Source of the DNA: Hamiltosporidium tvaerminnensis FI-OER-3-3
Lineage: Eukaryota > Fungi > Microsporidia
DNA length: 64,000 nucleotides
Reading direction: 5' to 3'
Assembly: GCA_022605425.2 (NCBI GenBank)
Contig: JAKIMF020000007.1
Coordinates: 682,001-746,000 of the forward strand
Position numbers and translations under genes: made by a program. Below the pieces are notes generated by a model. That model had not been told where the DNA came from. It did not search any database and saw only the letters and a list, made by a program, of their open reading frames with translations. This document shows, one piece after another, positions 1 through 12,922 of this stretch. The stretch's first letter is position 1, and each line of letters opens with the position of its first letter.

Positions 1-688
1 AACTCATAAGAGAAACTATGATATAGAAGCAGAATGTTTTATTCCATTACCGAAAGGAGAAGTTTTAAGAAGAAAGGAAATAATTCAAGAAGTTACTTTA
101 CATGATTTAGATATTTCTACTTCTAAACCGAACGGAAATGATGTTGTTTCGATTCTTTCACAAATTTTTAATCCTAAAAAAAGTGAAATAACAGAAAAAT
201 TACGTAACGAAGTAAATTTAAATGTTAATAGATATTTAGAATGTGGCAATGCAGATGTGATACCAGGAGTACTTTTTATAGATGAAGCACATATGATGGA
301 TTTAGAATGTTTTACATTTTTACACAAAGCGATTGAATCACCTTTTAGTCCACTTATAGTTTTTTCTAGCAACAAATTAAAATCCAAAATACGAGGATCT
401 AAAAATATTGAAAATCATTTTGGAATGCCAAAAGAGTTGCTAGATAGACTTGTTATAATTCCATTGCAAAAGAATACAACAGAAATCAATAAGAAAATAC
501 TTCAGATTCGAATTAATGAGGAATGTATTAATGTATCTTCAGAAGCACTTACATTTCTATCTGATATTGCTGAATCGAAAGGATTAAGATATGTTTTATG
601 TATTCTTCCAGTTTTAAAAGTTTTCAAAACTAAAATTGAAAGGAATCATGTTGAAGAAGTTACTTCACTTTTTATTGGTTTGAAATGA
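1..688 (+). CDS. RVB1: RuvB-like helicase 1 (Pontin), 3' part; 5' end lies outside the window
   Basis: PGVLFIDEAH Walker B; essentially identical to the reverse complement of 11503-12190 (one synonymous CCG/CCA difference seen at nt 130). Confidence 0.93.
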   Translation, partial: THKRNYDIEAECFIPLPKGEVLRRKEIIQEVTLHDLDISTSKPNGNDVVSILSQIFNPKKSEITEKLRNEVNLNVNRYLECGNADVIPGVLFIDEAHMMDLECFTFLHKAIESPFSPLIVFSSNKLKSKIRGSKNIENHFGMPKELLDRLVIIPLQKNTTEINKKILQIRINEECINVSSEALTFLSDIAESKGLRYVLCILPVLKVFKTKIERNHVEEVTSLFIGLK

Positions 689-1199
689 AATTTTAGGTAA
701 ATTTTGTTGTTTTTTTTCAATCTTAAAATTTAAATTAAATATTTACATACCAAATATGTTAAATCAAATTTAGGCCAATCTTTTGTTTTTTTAAATTTTA
801 ATTCGGGTCATTTAGTTTTTAAAATCGAGTATTATGGTTTTTTCATAATATTTTACTAACATATTTAAATCTAAATAGCTGTTATAAATAGTTTCGTCTC
901 TTTTAACCTTAAAACAAATAGTTCTGGTTATGTTTATCAGATCAGATTAAACAATCTTTTTTCGGTTTAATTTATTTTTATTTCCCATTTTTTTTATCGT
1001 TTTTAAAATTTTATAGTTTCAATTTATTTTCAAACTATTTAGAAGTAGCAAAGAAATCGTTGTATTCGTTTTTAAGCACATGGTAAGTTTGGTAGCTTAT
1101 GTTAAGTATAAATATACATTCTAAATATTCATTCTAAACATTCATATTTTACAGATAGTAATTTTTTTTGTAAATCAATTCAAATGCGTGAAAATATAT
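1..1199. repeat. Inverted segmental duplication 1, left arm (continues beyond window start)
   Basis: Reverse complement of ~11001-12190; near-identical to ~970, more diverged 970-1140, matching again to ~1199. Confidence 0.92.
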
Positions 1200-1639
1200 G
1201 TTATAAGCAATCTAAATAAATGGAAAATCTATGAATATTTAGATTCATACTTTATCACATACAAAAATATGAGATATTTTTGTCAGTAATATGTATGAAA
1301 AAATATATGCTTAACTAAAAAACATGAAAATAGTTTCAAAAAAAACAAGAGGCACTAAAATTCTAAATTTCAAGATATTAATAACAGTAATTTCAAATTT
1401 TTTTGTAGTAAACAATGAGTATAATGTTGTATATACACATTTATTTGGTAGACTATTATAATCTGTAGCTATAAATTTGTATTTTAACCTTTTATATGTC
1501 AAAATAGATCCCAACACCTTAAAAAAATTAAATATTTTACGTCATAGATCAGTAAATGATATATCTTTTATCTTTTAAATATCCCATCAATAGCTATCCA
1601 TTTAGCTGGAAAAAAAGCGCTAGTGTGAATTATAAATTA

Positions 1640-2150
1640 AAGAGTTTTTCAATAGAAAATTTTTCGGAATAGCTTCCTGTAACTAGGTCTACAATCCATG
1701 ACATTTTACAGAAGTATATAAATAATAGGGATTCGAATCGTAACATGGACCTAGACGACCTCCGTTTATATAAATCATTATGGCCAATAGAATTGCGATT
1801 TTTTTGAATAACTCGCTTTTCCCTACAAATGGAACACAATCCAAGAATAGATCATAGCTTACCATATTACAAGCGTTCCAAAGAAAAATTGCTTTTGATT
1901 GGTTAGGTTGTCAGCAAACGTAAAATTTCTTGTACGAATGCTAAATAGTGCACTTACTAGAAATCGAATCTGACCTTCGGAAATGAATTCGGATATCCTG
2001 AATCACTAGACTATTGGCGCAGAATTTTCGATTTTTATAGAAAAAATCCTAAAATTATTCTCTCGTAAATCACTATAAAATTTGATGTGTTATGAAATTG
2101 GTATAGTAATTTGCATATATAAGAAATCAATCAAATAAGTATAGAATCTA
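1640..2150 (-). repeat. Degenerate dispersed repeat, possibly a LINE C-terminal region
   Basis: Visible similarity to ~39170-39620; both minus strands encode CxxC (LCSICREK / LCFVCRK). Confidence 0.45.
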
Positions 2151-2199
2151 TGTCTGTTCGTCTACTCAAAAATTCTTTTACCAACAAAAACAATAGGTT

Positions 2200-3890
2200 T
2201 CTAGATTTGAAATTGCAAAATTATATTTATTAATTTCAGATAAAGATAAGAAACGTATATTATTTAGTGATGAATGCAAGTGTAGCTTGTTTTTAAAGGT
2301 GGTAATGTTTATGTATGTGAGGAGCAGGGTGGAACTCCTAAATTTTTAATATATGGCATCAGGACCAGACCCCCTTTATCGTACTAAATTTGCTTTGCAA
2401 TCAAAAATTAAAAAAAAATTACTGCTTAAATCTATATTAATTGTTTTACAATCATAACTTATTAACATTTCCTAAAGTTAACAATAAATTAATAAAATTA
2501 AGAAATTGATTTTTAAAAAGCGTTTTTAAGAACTGAACAGCCTTGAAATTACGCCTAATAGTCTATTTTCTCTTTTTACAACAGCAAATAATAAAGGTAA
2601 CCAAATTTTTTCTTTGAATTACTATAGATTTAGAATAAACTTCTTGAGTTGAGATCAATTCCCATTAATCGTGTTGGTATGAACACCGGTGATTCAATCA
2701 ATAAATCTGCGCGAGTGATTAACTGTTTTGTGATCAAAATATTTTTTCAAACCCCCATAATCTTTTCAACACTTTGTATAGATTATACTACTTGGCTCTA
2801 AAAGTTTTAATATTATACAGGTAAGTGTTTCTTTAGTTCTATCAGAGATAGGTATCAACATTGTTTTACGAGTTGTTGTTCTTTCAAGCAAACCTAAACT
2901 TATTGTATTTTCGTTTACCAAATTTGGGCTTTTCAACTTCTACAATGATTTTATTGCCTCAAATATATTCCTTGGTTGCAATAAAATTACTCTTGGCTTT
3001 ATCTTTCATTTTTTCAACTAATGCCTTTAATACCTTTTTAGAATATACCGATCAGAAGATATTGTTTTCATTTGTGTGTCATTAAGTAAACCACAAAGTG
3101 GTTATAAAAAATCTTAAGACTTTTTTTTATAGTTGTCAAGCAAGGTTTCTTTAAAACCAGAAGCTTTCTTTTACATGAGACCATGTACAAATTAAGAAGA
3201 ATGATGATTCTGACACGAACCTTGTTAAAGAAGTATAAGCACTACATTTTGTCGCCAAAAGAGTTAATATATGCAGTTTAGTCAATCACTAAATTTGTTG
3301 AAATCAAAACTCATTTAAAAAGGTAATTTTTTCAAATTTTTGTTTTTAAAACGAATTTAGTACGGTAAAGGTACCTTTCACCCATGGCATCAATAGTTAA
3401 ACAAAATGACTCAAGTATCATATTAAGGAAGTATTTTCTAACAAGTTTTAAGCAATTTTAAATTTATTGATACCACTAAAAACCGATTTCAAAATGTATG
3501 TATTCTTGCAAAAATTTAAAATTATCTGCTAAAAATTTGAGTTTAGACAATTATATTTTAAAGAAGATGACCATCCTAAACATACATCAAAGGTGGTTCT
3601 CTAATATTTTGAAAGAAATTTAGTTGAAATACTCTCTTAATCATCCCAATCACCTGATTTAAACCCGATATAACATCGTTGGCTTTCCATGAAAAATCAG
3701 TTGTATGGTTTTATTTTTTAAAATAAGAATGAGGCCAAGAAAAAATTGAACAAAAAATGGAAGAAATTCTTAATGATTTCTGCGAAACTAGTATGTGTAA
3801 AAGAAACCTGTGTTAATTGTTTTAGGTATTCATAGCAGGTATACTAAATTTTAGATTGAAGTGTTCGATTTTTTTTGCCCATACTTTTCT
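2200..3890 (+). mobile_element. Degenerate Tc1/mariner (DD34E-type) transposase, split by a Merlin insertion
   Basis: LFSDECK (~2260), EDDHPKHTSK (~3560), SQSPDLNPI (~3645); stops and frameshifts; boundaries approximate. Confidence 0.85.
2362..3383 (-). mobile_element. Merlin (IS1016/IS1595-like) DNA transposon, degenerate
   Basis: ~60-bp imperfect TIRs (ccctttatcgtactaaatt / aatttagtacggtaaagg); ATGGCATCA direct repeats at 2353-2361 and 3384-3392; minus-strand motifs HKTVNHS and GVHTNTI. Confidence 0.88.
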
Positions 3891-4039
3891 AAATTCAATC
3901 CATTATTTTCTATCGATAATAATGTATAAGATACTTGTGCTATATGCCTAAAATATACACTTCTTATACTCGATATACTACTTTAAATTACGTCGTTCTA
4001 AGATAAATAATTTTATAAAAACATAGATGTCCGGATATT

Positions 4040-5660
4040 TAAACATTGAACATTACAACACAAATTTGCAATCTAAGGGTTTTTATTTATTAATGCAGTT
4101 ATTTTTCTGGTTGAATTGCGACTAGCGCAGCTTTTTATCTTTACCGTTACTTGTATTTGTTCGATATGCATCCAATTTAGTAGCCAAATCGACTATAAGT
4201 TAGGTCAGCCAGTCTTCAATGCCATTTTAGCAGATTCTTTATGCTGATATCTTAGCTTAGGATTTTTTTATGAGAAACAATCTTTTCCTGCATATTGCAA
4301 ATTTCGTTTACATTGATCCAAAACATCATTTTTTCTGTCAAATTTAAAAAGATATGCACCTTTCTCTTCAAAAAAAACCGATATTATTTCTTCCATCGGT
4401 ACAACCTTCATCGACTTTTGGGGGTCAAAATCTTACTGTGCCACCTTTCTTGACGGCTAATTATTTTGAATCGGATATTCGCAACATTTTTAAAGCTAGT
4501 GTTTTAAATCACTTACTGAAATCTCCCTAATTTTTAATATGCAGGATTTTCTTTTTTTTAATCTTCGTCTTCTAAGAAGTCATCATAACCTTAATTCACA
4601 CTGCGTTGGCGACCAGAAGCTCAAATACCAGATCATTTTAAGGCATTTAATTTTTTTTTGTTATAATAGAAATCAGAACTTGGTTTGATAACAAAAGACA
4701 ATATTGAACATAAAAACCAAATGAAGATACATCCTCCTCATTATGATGAGATGTTTTTAAGCTTACTAGTTCTTTTTGAAGTAAATCTTCTTGACAGATT
4801 GTAAATCGGTTTAATCTTTAAATATTACCTCTAAAGCCTCTTCAAATTTATATTAGTCAGAAATTTTTTAGGTAAAAAAATCTTTTAGGCATACTTTAAC
4901 CTTTGCTCAAATCATTTCTTCACACGGAATACAGTTTAAGAACCTTTAAGGGTTTTTGTTTTCCATACTTCAAACAAAATGTTACTCTTGATGTTCTTTT
5001 TCGGTTGAAATTGTCTTCAAACAAAGAACAAAGCATATTTTCAACATCTAAATTCATAACCTCTGCATAAACCGGACTTTGAGAGATTCCTGGGTTTTCC
5101 ATGTACCATTTTTAATTCCAGCCAAACATTTAATTCTACTTTTAGCAGATTATATATAATCTTCACTTCTCAGAATAGTAGACGCACCGAAAATGATAAA
5201 ATATTTAATAATAAGATGGTACTTCTTCTGGCTTTCGATTTTTAAGAAGTTGAAGATGAATATATTTAGTGTCACGATGTTGATGTACCAATATACGTTT
5301 ACATTCCTTATAGACTATGACTGCATCTATAAATTCGACTTTATAATTTTGAGTTCATGTTTTTACTTTATATCGGTCTCGCCGCCAATTTTTTTTGGAT
5401 AAACTATGTTTTTTGACTTTATATATAAGTTTAGAAATTCTACTATTATTTCTCTTATGATGTTTTTATATTTTGAAATCATTTCCTTTTCCAATGTTTC
5501 GATTACCATGTCCAATTTCAACATGGAAATCATGTAAAAATTAGAATATTTCTTCCCGATGTGACTCAAACTCAATCTGCTTCTTTCTTTCCTCGATAGT
5601 AGGGCTATCCCAACTAAGATCTGCGAACAGATTTTATTCAACCCGCCACACTTTTTTTGG
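4040..5660 (-). pseudogene. Fragmented coding-like region of unknown family
   Basis: Several short co-oriented minus-strand ORF pieces (4920-5102, 5363-5641) with coding-like composition; no recognised motif. Confidence 0.3.
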
Positions 5661-5695
5661 TTGACTAGATTTTGTTTTAGTCAGAGAAATAAACA

Positions 5696-7075
5696 TTTAT
5701 TTAATAAATTTCTGGGATAAAATGTTTTTCAGAGATTTTATACATTTCCTTCGCATCCTAACCATCATTTGTTCTTCTTCTGAATCCGTTTTTTCATTTG
5801 TGTTTATCCTCGGTTCTTTCACTGCGGCCGCACAATTAAAAATAAGGGAGAGGTATAAGATTTGTATTTACATGTGTAACACAATCTTCTTCGTTCTTCG
5901 CTTCTTTTAGAGGGATGTTGGTTGAATATGCATTTCAGCTTCTAAATAACACTTAATGGCGCTCTCTAACGGCTCTCTTCGGATTTCGGTCCTGAATTAA
6001 GCCCTCTTCGTTGATCAAAGGAAATGTTTTCTACTGCTTTCTTGAGAACTATGTATTTTATATATGCCTCTACATTCTTGGGTATCTATAATCTTTTAAG
6101 ATAATCTTATTGTATTTTGTCACAATACCGTCTCAGGTCGCCATAGAAGAGATTATCAAAACACTACACTATAAATAAATCCAACTCATTTGCTAATAGG
6201 TCATACTTTCTAAGTTTTTTTCTCTTCAACTGTTTGAGTTAATTTAGGAAGAAATTCCTACTTCAATGAGTGTTATCTTGTTTTTTCTATTGTCTAAAAT
6301 GCAAATATTGTGTCTTTAGAACCGAATCTTGACATCGGTTTTTATCCTGGTGTCTACTCTTATCTCTGCATACTCATTATCAAAAATTTCTTGAATTAAA
6401 TGACACCTAATTCGTTTTGAAGACTTGAATTTATATATATTTAGTAGGAGTAAGTGTATGCATCTTCCCACTTCATTATGTCGTTTGGTATAGTCATGAC
6501 CGAGCATTTTCTCACATCGAGTTGTTAAATGATCTCCTATTATTCTAGATTAATTGCAGTGTTGACCCTACATTTTCTAATTCTCTGAATACATTTGTAT
6601 GTTGGTTATAACAGAACACTGTTTCATCATAGGACCCAATGTTACTTTTCTTTGGCCATCCAGAAGTGTCACCAACACTTAGAATCTCATTTTTTCTTGA
6701 ATTATATAACTTTGAATGAAGTTTTCGTTTTTCTATTTCGTTATATGATTTTTAGAGCCAAGCCTCTTCTGATTTTATCTTTGATACTTCTTCTACCAAT
6801 CCGTATTTTATTTAAAAAAAACCAATTCAAGGCAAAGTGAGTTTTGTTATTGTTCTTAATCTTTAGAATTGCTGCTATTATGGCCGATGTATCTGAATAT
6901 TTTTCCAAGAGGAACTCAAGAGTTGGAAAAGTATATGTTTCCTTTTGAATTCAACACATGTAAACCCCTTCAAAATTCTTTACTTCTAGGGCTTAGATGT
7001 ATTGGGTTCTTTATTAACACCCTACGTGTTGCATCATCGATTTTTGAGAAGTCAGCTGGTTCTATTCGAAGTATA
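5696..7075 (-). mobile_element. Degenerate 5'-truncated RLE non-LTR retrotransposon (same family as 32331-36140)
   Basis: MLGHDYTKRHNEV...EIRVDTRIKTDVK fragment; 3' end cccagaaatttattaaataaa like the intact copies. Confidence 0.88.
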
Positions 7076-8142
7076 TAATTTTGTTTAAATATTATTTTTT
7101 TTAATTTATATTCAAAAGTATTTTAAGATACATTTTTGAAACGTCTGAATGAAAAAATCGATATTTCATTTTAAACTATTGATGAAATATTTATAAAATA
7201 ATTTTAACTACGTTGATATGAAAAGCTAATTGGTTTTTTGCTTGATACTTTTTAAAAGAGTCAATTTACCTTCGGGCTATAAATTTTGGAAACTTTGCTC
7301 ATACGAACAATTAACTTTTTGTTTACTAGAAGTTATCATTTCAAACCTACGTAAAAGCTGATAATTCTTGGAGTTTTATACCCGGTTACTTTATTCAAAT
7401 GCTTTAACTTTTTTTTATAACTTTTTATGGTTGTTTTACAAGGATTTGTATATTCTGAATCTTGAATAGGCACGATTTATTTAGCTTTTCGTCGAAACGA
7501 TGCTTAATATGATGAATAAGAGTTCAAGAATTTATTTTTTTGAAAACAATTAGCACTGAAAAACAAGAAACAGAAAATAATCTTTAAATCCTATAAGTAC
7601 AAGATTTTAAGAGCAGAAGGCTAAAATTATGTTTGATTGACTGCGATAACACACATGAAGTATATTGCTAAATTGCTATCATTTATTAAAATAACTAGAA
7701 AATGTAGTAGTATTTAGATAATTCCGGCAGTGCAATAAATTAATATTTATTCTAGTAAATTTCTTAAGTTTCTGATTTATCCGGATTATGAATAATTTCC
7801 AATTATTTAAAATGCCTGTATTATTATATTCCTATTTGAAAACCTTTGCTATGGATATATCTTAAAGAAACAAAACATCTATTAATAAAATTTTACTTTT
7901 TGTCTTCAAGTTCAGATATATATGATATTTTTAATAATTTTTTGCAAATTGTTACATAATAATATCAATTAGTATTAAGCAAGATAATTTGGTCGAAAAA
8001 GGTTATTACTTATTCAAAATTTTTAAAAACGTTCATTTCATAAATTTGTGAATTTTAGTACCAAAATTCTACACTTTATTGAATTGGGAAAGGGATAACT
8101 TTACAAAAATATTAATACTTGAAATCTATTAATTTAATTCAT

Positions 8143-8796
8143 CTAGTTCTTATAAATATCTTTAATGGATATAAACATAAAAGATATTGCATTTACAATG
8201 GTAAAAATTGTTATAAATATTGAAGATAGTAATATATCAAAAGTACGGCCTTTTTTGAATAAAAACAATATATTCATCAGAAAAAGAATACAAAACAATA
8301 CTATATAAACAATAGAAAAGTAAAAAGATTTAAACACCAAATGACTATTAACAAAATATAAGGCCAAAAGGGCATACATAAAAACAAAAAATACTATATA
8401 TGAGGAACTTAAATTATGGATCAATTTCAGGCAACTATTTCTTTCGGTAAACCTGGTTACAATATTAGCAGTTGGAATTACATTCGGTTGACTGTCTTGA
8501 TACATTCTATTCAACTTATCTATATTCGTTATTTCATTTAATGAAATTTCTTGATATATTGTATTCGACGGCTCAACATTGGTTATTTCGTTGGATTGGT
8601 TCTCTTGGTGTATTGTACTTAATTGATCGCTAGTCGTGGTTTCATTTAATATTTCGTTTGGTTTACATTCAACCATAAGTATTGTCTCTTGTATAGAAGT
8701 ATTTTTAGGCTTTTTTCTGCGTATAACTTTTGCATATAAATCTTCAATGTTTTTATCGTTTGTGTTTTCTTCGGATATATTTTTTGAAGATATCAT
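8143..8796 (-). CDS. Hypothetical membrane protein: N-terminal 18-aa repeats with Tyr motifs, ~3 C-terminal TM helices
   Basis: 217-aa ORF; CCC motif just upstream of ATG; three hydrophobic stretches after aa ~130. Confidence 0.8.
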   Translation of the reverse strand: MISSKNISEENTNDKNIEDLYAKVIRRKKPKNTSIQETILMVECKPNEILNETTTSDQLSTIHQENQSNEITNVEPSNTIYQEISLNEITNIDKLNRMYQDSQPNVIPTANIVTRFTERNSCLKLIHNLSSSYIVFFVFMYALLALYFVNSHLVFKSFYFSIVYIVLFCILFLMNILFLFKKGRTFDILLSSIFITIFTIVNAISFMFISIKDIYKN

Positions 8797-9789
8797 AAAA
8801 GGGTTTGCAAATTTAGATTTAAATGTAATTATAATATTAATTTCCTTAAAAGGAAAACGATATCATTGTTTTTTTTAAAAAAAATATTTTAAAAACACTT
8901 TTCTCAATATTGTTCTAAGAACTAAAAAAATAAATCAAAAAGTCAATAATAAGCAAAATAATCGGCATTGAATGTATTCTTCGATAAATTTACTTACATC
9001 TTTGTTTCGTTTAATTTTGAGCTTTGGTTTTAGTTTTTTTATTCTATAACTTTAGAATCAAAAAAATCTGCAAAATAAAAAATTTCATGAAGTCTTTGTA
9101 GTTTGAAATAATTAAACGGAAAATATTAATCATTAGGCAAAACTAATTTATAGATTTCCAGTAATTTTTATTCCTTACAATAATTTAAGTTATAGAGTAA
9201 TCTCTTTATAATTCAAAAGTCTATGGCTCTTTTACATAAATAATATTGATTTTATTCACGATTCAATTGAAAAAGAAAAAGGAAAAAACAACAAAAAAAT
9301 GCTTTTAAAAAAACAATTTACCATTTTAATCATAGAGGCAATAATTTAAAAGCTCAAAAATAGAAGGCAATGATTAAGTATTTTTTATTAAAAACATATA
9401 TTTTTACATGAAATTGCATTGAAATTTTTAAATTACCGAAAAAAATATGAAAAGGTTTTTAGATAGAAAACAGACTTATAAAACAACAGGAGATTGCGAA
9501 ACACTCAATAAATCAATTTCTCAAAATATATTTCCTCTCTTGAAGAATTCTAACATTTTATAAAACTTAAAACCTGGCATACGGGTTTAATGGGAAATGA
9601 TTTTAATTAATAGAAAATATTTTAATAAAATTTCTGAATACGAAATTCACGAGAAAATCTAAATCTCAATGAAATAAAAATAATTTATTGATAATTTATT
9701 TTTAAGTATTTCATAAACTTGAAAAATTAATAATAAACAAAATATATATTTAATAAAATTTGAATAAAAAAAACTTGATCGTGAAATTT

Positions 9790-10995
9790 TCATTCAAAAA
9801 ACTTAGCATCTTTTTTAAAAAATGGTGTATGTATATTGTTTAAATAGATTAGCGCAGTTCTGGGTTTTACATAAAAGACGTTTCTCCATTACTCTATCAA
9901 TAGCCCATAAAATACCTATATAAGTAAGTTTTGTCCTAACGGTATATAGAATCAGTTTAGTGAGAAGGAGAAGTTCCCAGGAATTTGTTAATTTCTGTTA
10001 CCGGTTATGTGATTAAAGTTCAAAATTCACTTTGAACTCTCGATAGAAAGCAGCCTCACCACTTACTTAACACTTTTCAAACCAAATAGATTTCAAACGT
10101 AGATATATTCTTCAGGTTAAATAAGATCTATCTAGCGTAAAAATCATACCACGGGTATACCCTGCTACTTGGTTTTTCGATATTCTGTAAAGGTATATAT
10201 TTTGTAACAAACAAGCGCCGAGTCTTCTAAGCCGAGCGAGGAAGACCAGGCTTCCCTGTAATTATATAACAATCCCTAACAATTTCAGCTATTTCCTTCT
10301 AGTTTGAAGCAGAAAACACTTTAAAATAATTATATGAAAATAAAAAGGTTCACCATTTTCTAAATATATAAAATGAGGCAGAACAACCAAAAATTTAACG
10401 TGTTTTTCATTCCATCTATATACTAAACAATGGTTTTGTACAGATATCTTCTAATAATGCTAAAAAGACTGTTTTTAATGCGGTATACTCTTAAAATTTT
10501 GAGCAGGTAAAACTTGGTTAGTTGCTTGTAAGAAGTTCAAAAATGTATTCAGAAATACAATCTTCTCTTGATTGAAAAAGTCAATGATAAAGAAAAATCA
10601 TCCATTTAAAATTTATATTTAAAGTTGTTTGAATACAATCACTTCCCCAATGAAATATATGTAAGAAAACATAATTTGAGCCTAAGAAACTCGTAAAAAT
10701 TTAAAAATAAATCATTTACATATTTTTAAACAAAAAGTATAATTTAATAAAAAAATGAAAAGCTTATATGTTTCTATTTACTATTTCAATTCATCTTTTA
10801 CTTCTCAGTGTCGAATATGAGCAAATGAAATTCTTCCATTTGATTCGTTAATCTGTTGTAACTTGGATTATAGGGGATCGGCCTATAGATCTGGTGTGGT
10901 TTATGTTCTACCACAATGGCAGCAATGGTTTTCACATGGATTGTACATACTCGTTGCCAAATATATAGTTTTTAATGTGGTTATCCTCCCTCCAA
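9790..10995 (-). mobile_element. Old, diverged copy of the ~740-nt SINE-like element (interrupted ~10300-10860)
   Basis: Shares gcgcagttct, cctgctactt, gtcttctaa and the terminal gtggttatcctccctcca with 18829-19565. Confidence 0.75.
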
Positions 10996-11000
10996 TTTTT

Positions 11001-12190
11001 ATATATTTTCACGCATTTGAATTGATTTACAAAAAAAATTACTATCTGTAAAATATGAATATTTAGAATGTATATTTATATTTAATATAAGCGAACCAAA
11101 CTTACCATGCGCTTAAAAACGAATACAACAATTTCTTTGCTACTTTCTAAATACACTTGGCAATTAATAGAACCTTCAAAATTTTAAAAACGATAAAAAA
11201 AATGGGAGAATATGACCAAATTAAACCGAAAAAAGATTGTTTAATCTGATCTGATAAACATAACCAGAACTATTTGTTTTAAGGTTAAAAGAGACGAAAC
11301 TATTTATAACAGCTATTTAGATTTAAATATGTTAGTAAAATATTATGAAAAAACCATAATACTCGATTTTAAAAACTAAATGACCCGAATTAAAATTTAA
11401 AAAAACAAAAGATTGGCCTAAATTTGATTTAACATATTTGGTATGTAAATATTTAATTTAAATTTTAAGATTGAAAAAAAACAACAAAATTTACCTAAAA
11501 TTTCATTTCAAACCAATAAAAAGTGAAGTAACTTCTTCAACATGATTCCTTTCAATTTTAGTTTTGAAAACTTTTAAAACTGGAAGAATACATAAAACAT
11601 ATCTTAATCCTTTCGATTCAGCAATATCAGATAGAAATGTAAGTGCTTCTGAAGATACATTAATACATTCCTCATTAATTCGAATCTGAAGTATTTTCTT
11701 ATTGATTTCTGTTGTATTCTTTTGCAATGGAATTATAACAAGTCTATCTAGCAACTCTTTTGGCATTCCAAAATGATTTTCAATATTTTTAGATCCTCGT
11801 ATTTTGGATTTTAATTTGTTGCTAGAAAAAACTATAAGTGGACTAAAAGGTGATTCAATCGCTTTGTGTAAAAATGTAAAACATTCTAAATCCATCATAT
11901 GTGCTTCATCTATAAAAAGTACTCCTGGTATCACATCTGCATTGCCACATTCTAAATATCTATTAACATTTAAATTTACTTCGTTACGTAATTTTTCTGT
12001 TATTTCACTTTTTTTAGGATTAAAAATTTGTGAAAGAATCGAAACAACATCATTTCCGTTTGGTTTAGAAGTAGAAATATCTAAATCATGTAAAGTAACT
12101 TCTTGAATTATTTCCTTTCTTCTTAAAACTTCTCCTTTCGGTAATGGAATAAAACATTCTGCTTCTATATCATAGTTTCTCTTATGAGTT
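11001..12190. repeat. Inverted segmental duplication 1, right arm (visible part; true arm probably extends further right)
   Basis: Reverse complement of 1-1199. Confidence 0.92.
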
Positions 12191-12813
12191 TCGCATTTAC
12201 CAAGCCTTTTTATTATTCCGCTATTCGATTCTATATAAACAATGTCACCTAAAGAAATTCTTTGTTTTTCAATCGTTTCATATAAAGATGGAGAAAGTTT
12301 TATTTTTTTAGATCCTTTGTTTGTCTTTAAAGTAATTATAATTTCTTTAATGGTTTTTTTATAAAATTTTATTAAATCTTCAAATTCTATTACATTTAAA
12401 TCAACAACTTCTCCTTCGTAAATTTCTTTTATTTCTTTAAATCTTATTAAAATTGACTTTCTCAAAGCTTCTTGAAGAATTTCCGTTTTTTTAACTTCCG
12501 TTGAAAATACTTCTGAACCACTTATAGTATAGAAAGGGGTTTTACTCCCTATATCTTTACTTAATGCCAAGGCAAGAGCCGTCTTTCCACTACCCATAGG
12601 TCCTACAAAAAGGACTGAACGACCAGCCATTTTTTTATTTTTAACTAATTCAACAACAATTCCACAAGCTTCTCGTGCATTATATTGGCCTACCACACCA
12701 CATTCTATATCTATAGGTTCTCCAACAGAATTAAGACCAAGTGATTTTATATGACTATGCGTCGATATTCTTTTTAGATCCTCTGTACTCATATGGGTGT
12801 TTTTTTGGTTCAT
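11503..12813 (-). CDS. RVB1: RuvB-like helicase 1 (Pontin/TIP49a); true start possibly the ATG at 12792
   Basis: RISTHSHIKSLGL, Walker A GPMGSGKT, GSEVFSTEVKKTE, Walker B FIDEAH; CCC motif directly precedes the second Met. Confidence 0.95.
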   Translation of the reverse strand: MNQKNTHMSTEDLKRISTHSHIKSLGLNSVGEPIDIECGVVGQYNAREACGIVVELVKNKKMAGRSVLFVGPMGSGKTALALALSKDIGSKTPFYTISGSEVFSTEVKKTEILQEALRKSILIRFKEIKEIYEGEVVDLNVIEFEDLIKFYKKTIKEIIITLKTNKGSKKIKLSPSLYETIEKQRISLGDIVYIESNSGIIKRLGKCETHKRNYDIEAECFIPLPKGEVLRRKEIIQEVTLHDLDISTSKPNGNDVVSILSQIFNPKKSEITEKLRNEVNLNVNRYLECGNADVIPGVLFIDEAHMMDLECFTFLHKAIESPFSPLIVFSSNKLKSKIRGSKNIENHFGMPKELLDRLVIIPLQKNTTEINKKILQIRINEECINVSSEALTFLSDIAESKGLRYVLCILPVLKVFKTKIERNHVEEVTSLFIGLK

Positions 12814-12922
12814 TTTTTTTATTCAAACAGTTTTTTTTTAAAAAATATTTTGCGATTTTTTACAAAAATTTCTAACCATTTCTACTATTAAATTCAACCA
12901 AAATATATTTTTAAAATATTTT

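Noticed and set aside
85-387. Antisense shadow ORFs (85-387, 11804-12106, 23587-23925, 25464-25757, 33971-34351, 54289-54582, 56120-56458 and similar)
   Set aside because: They overlap real genes or TE ORFs on the opposite strand and have no independent motifs
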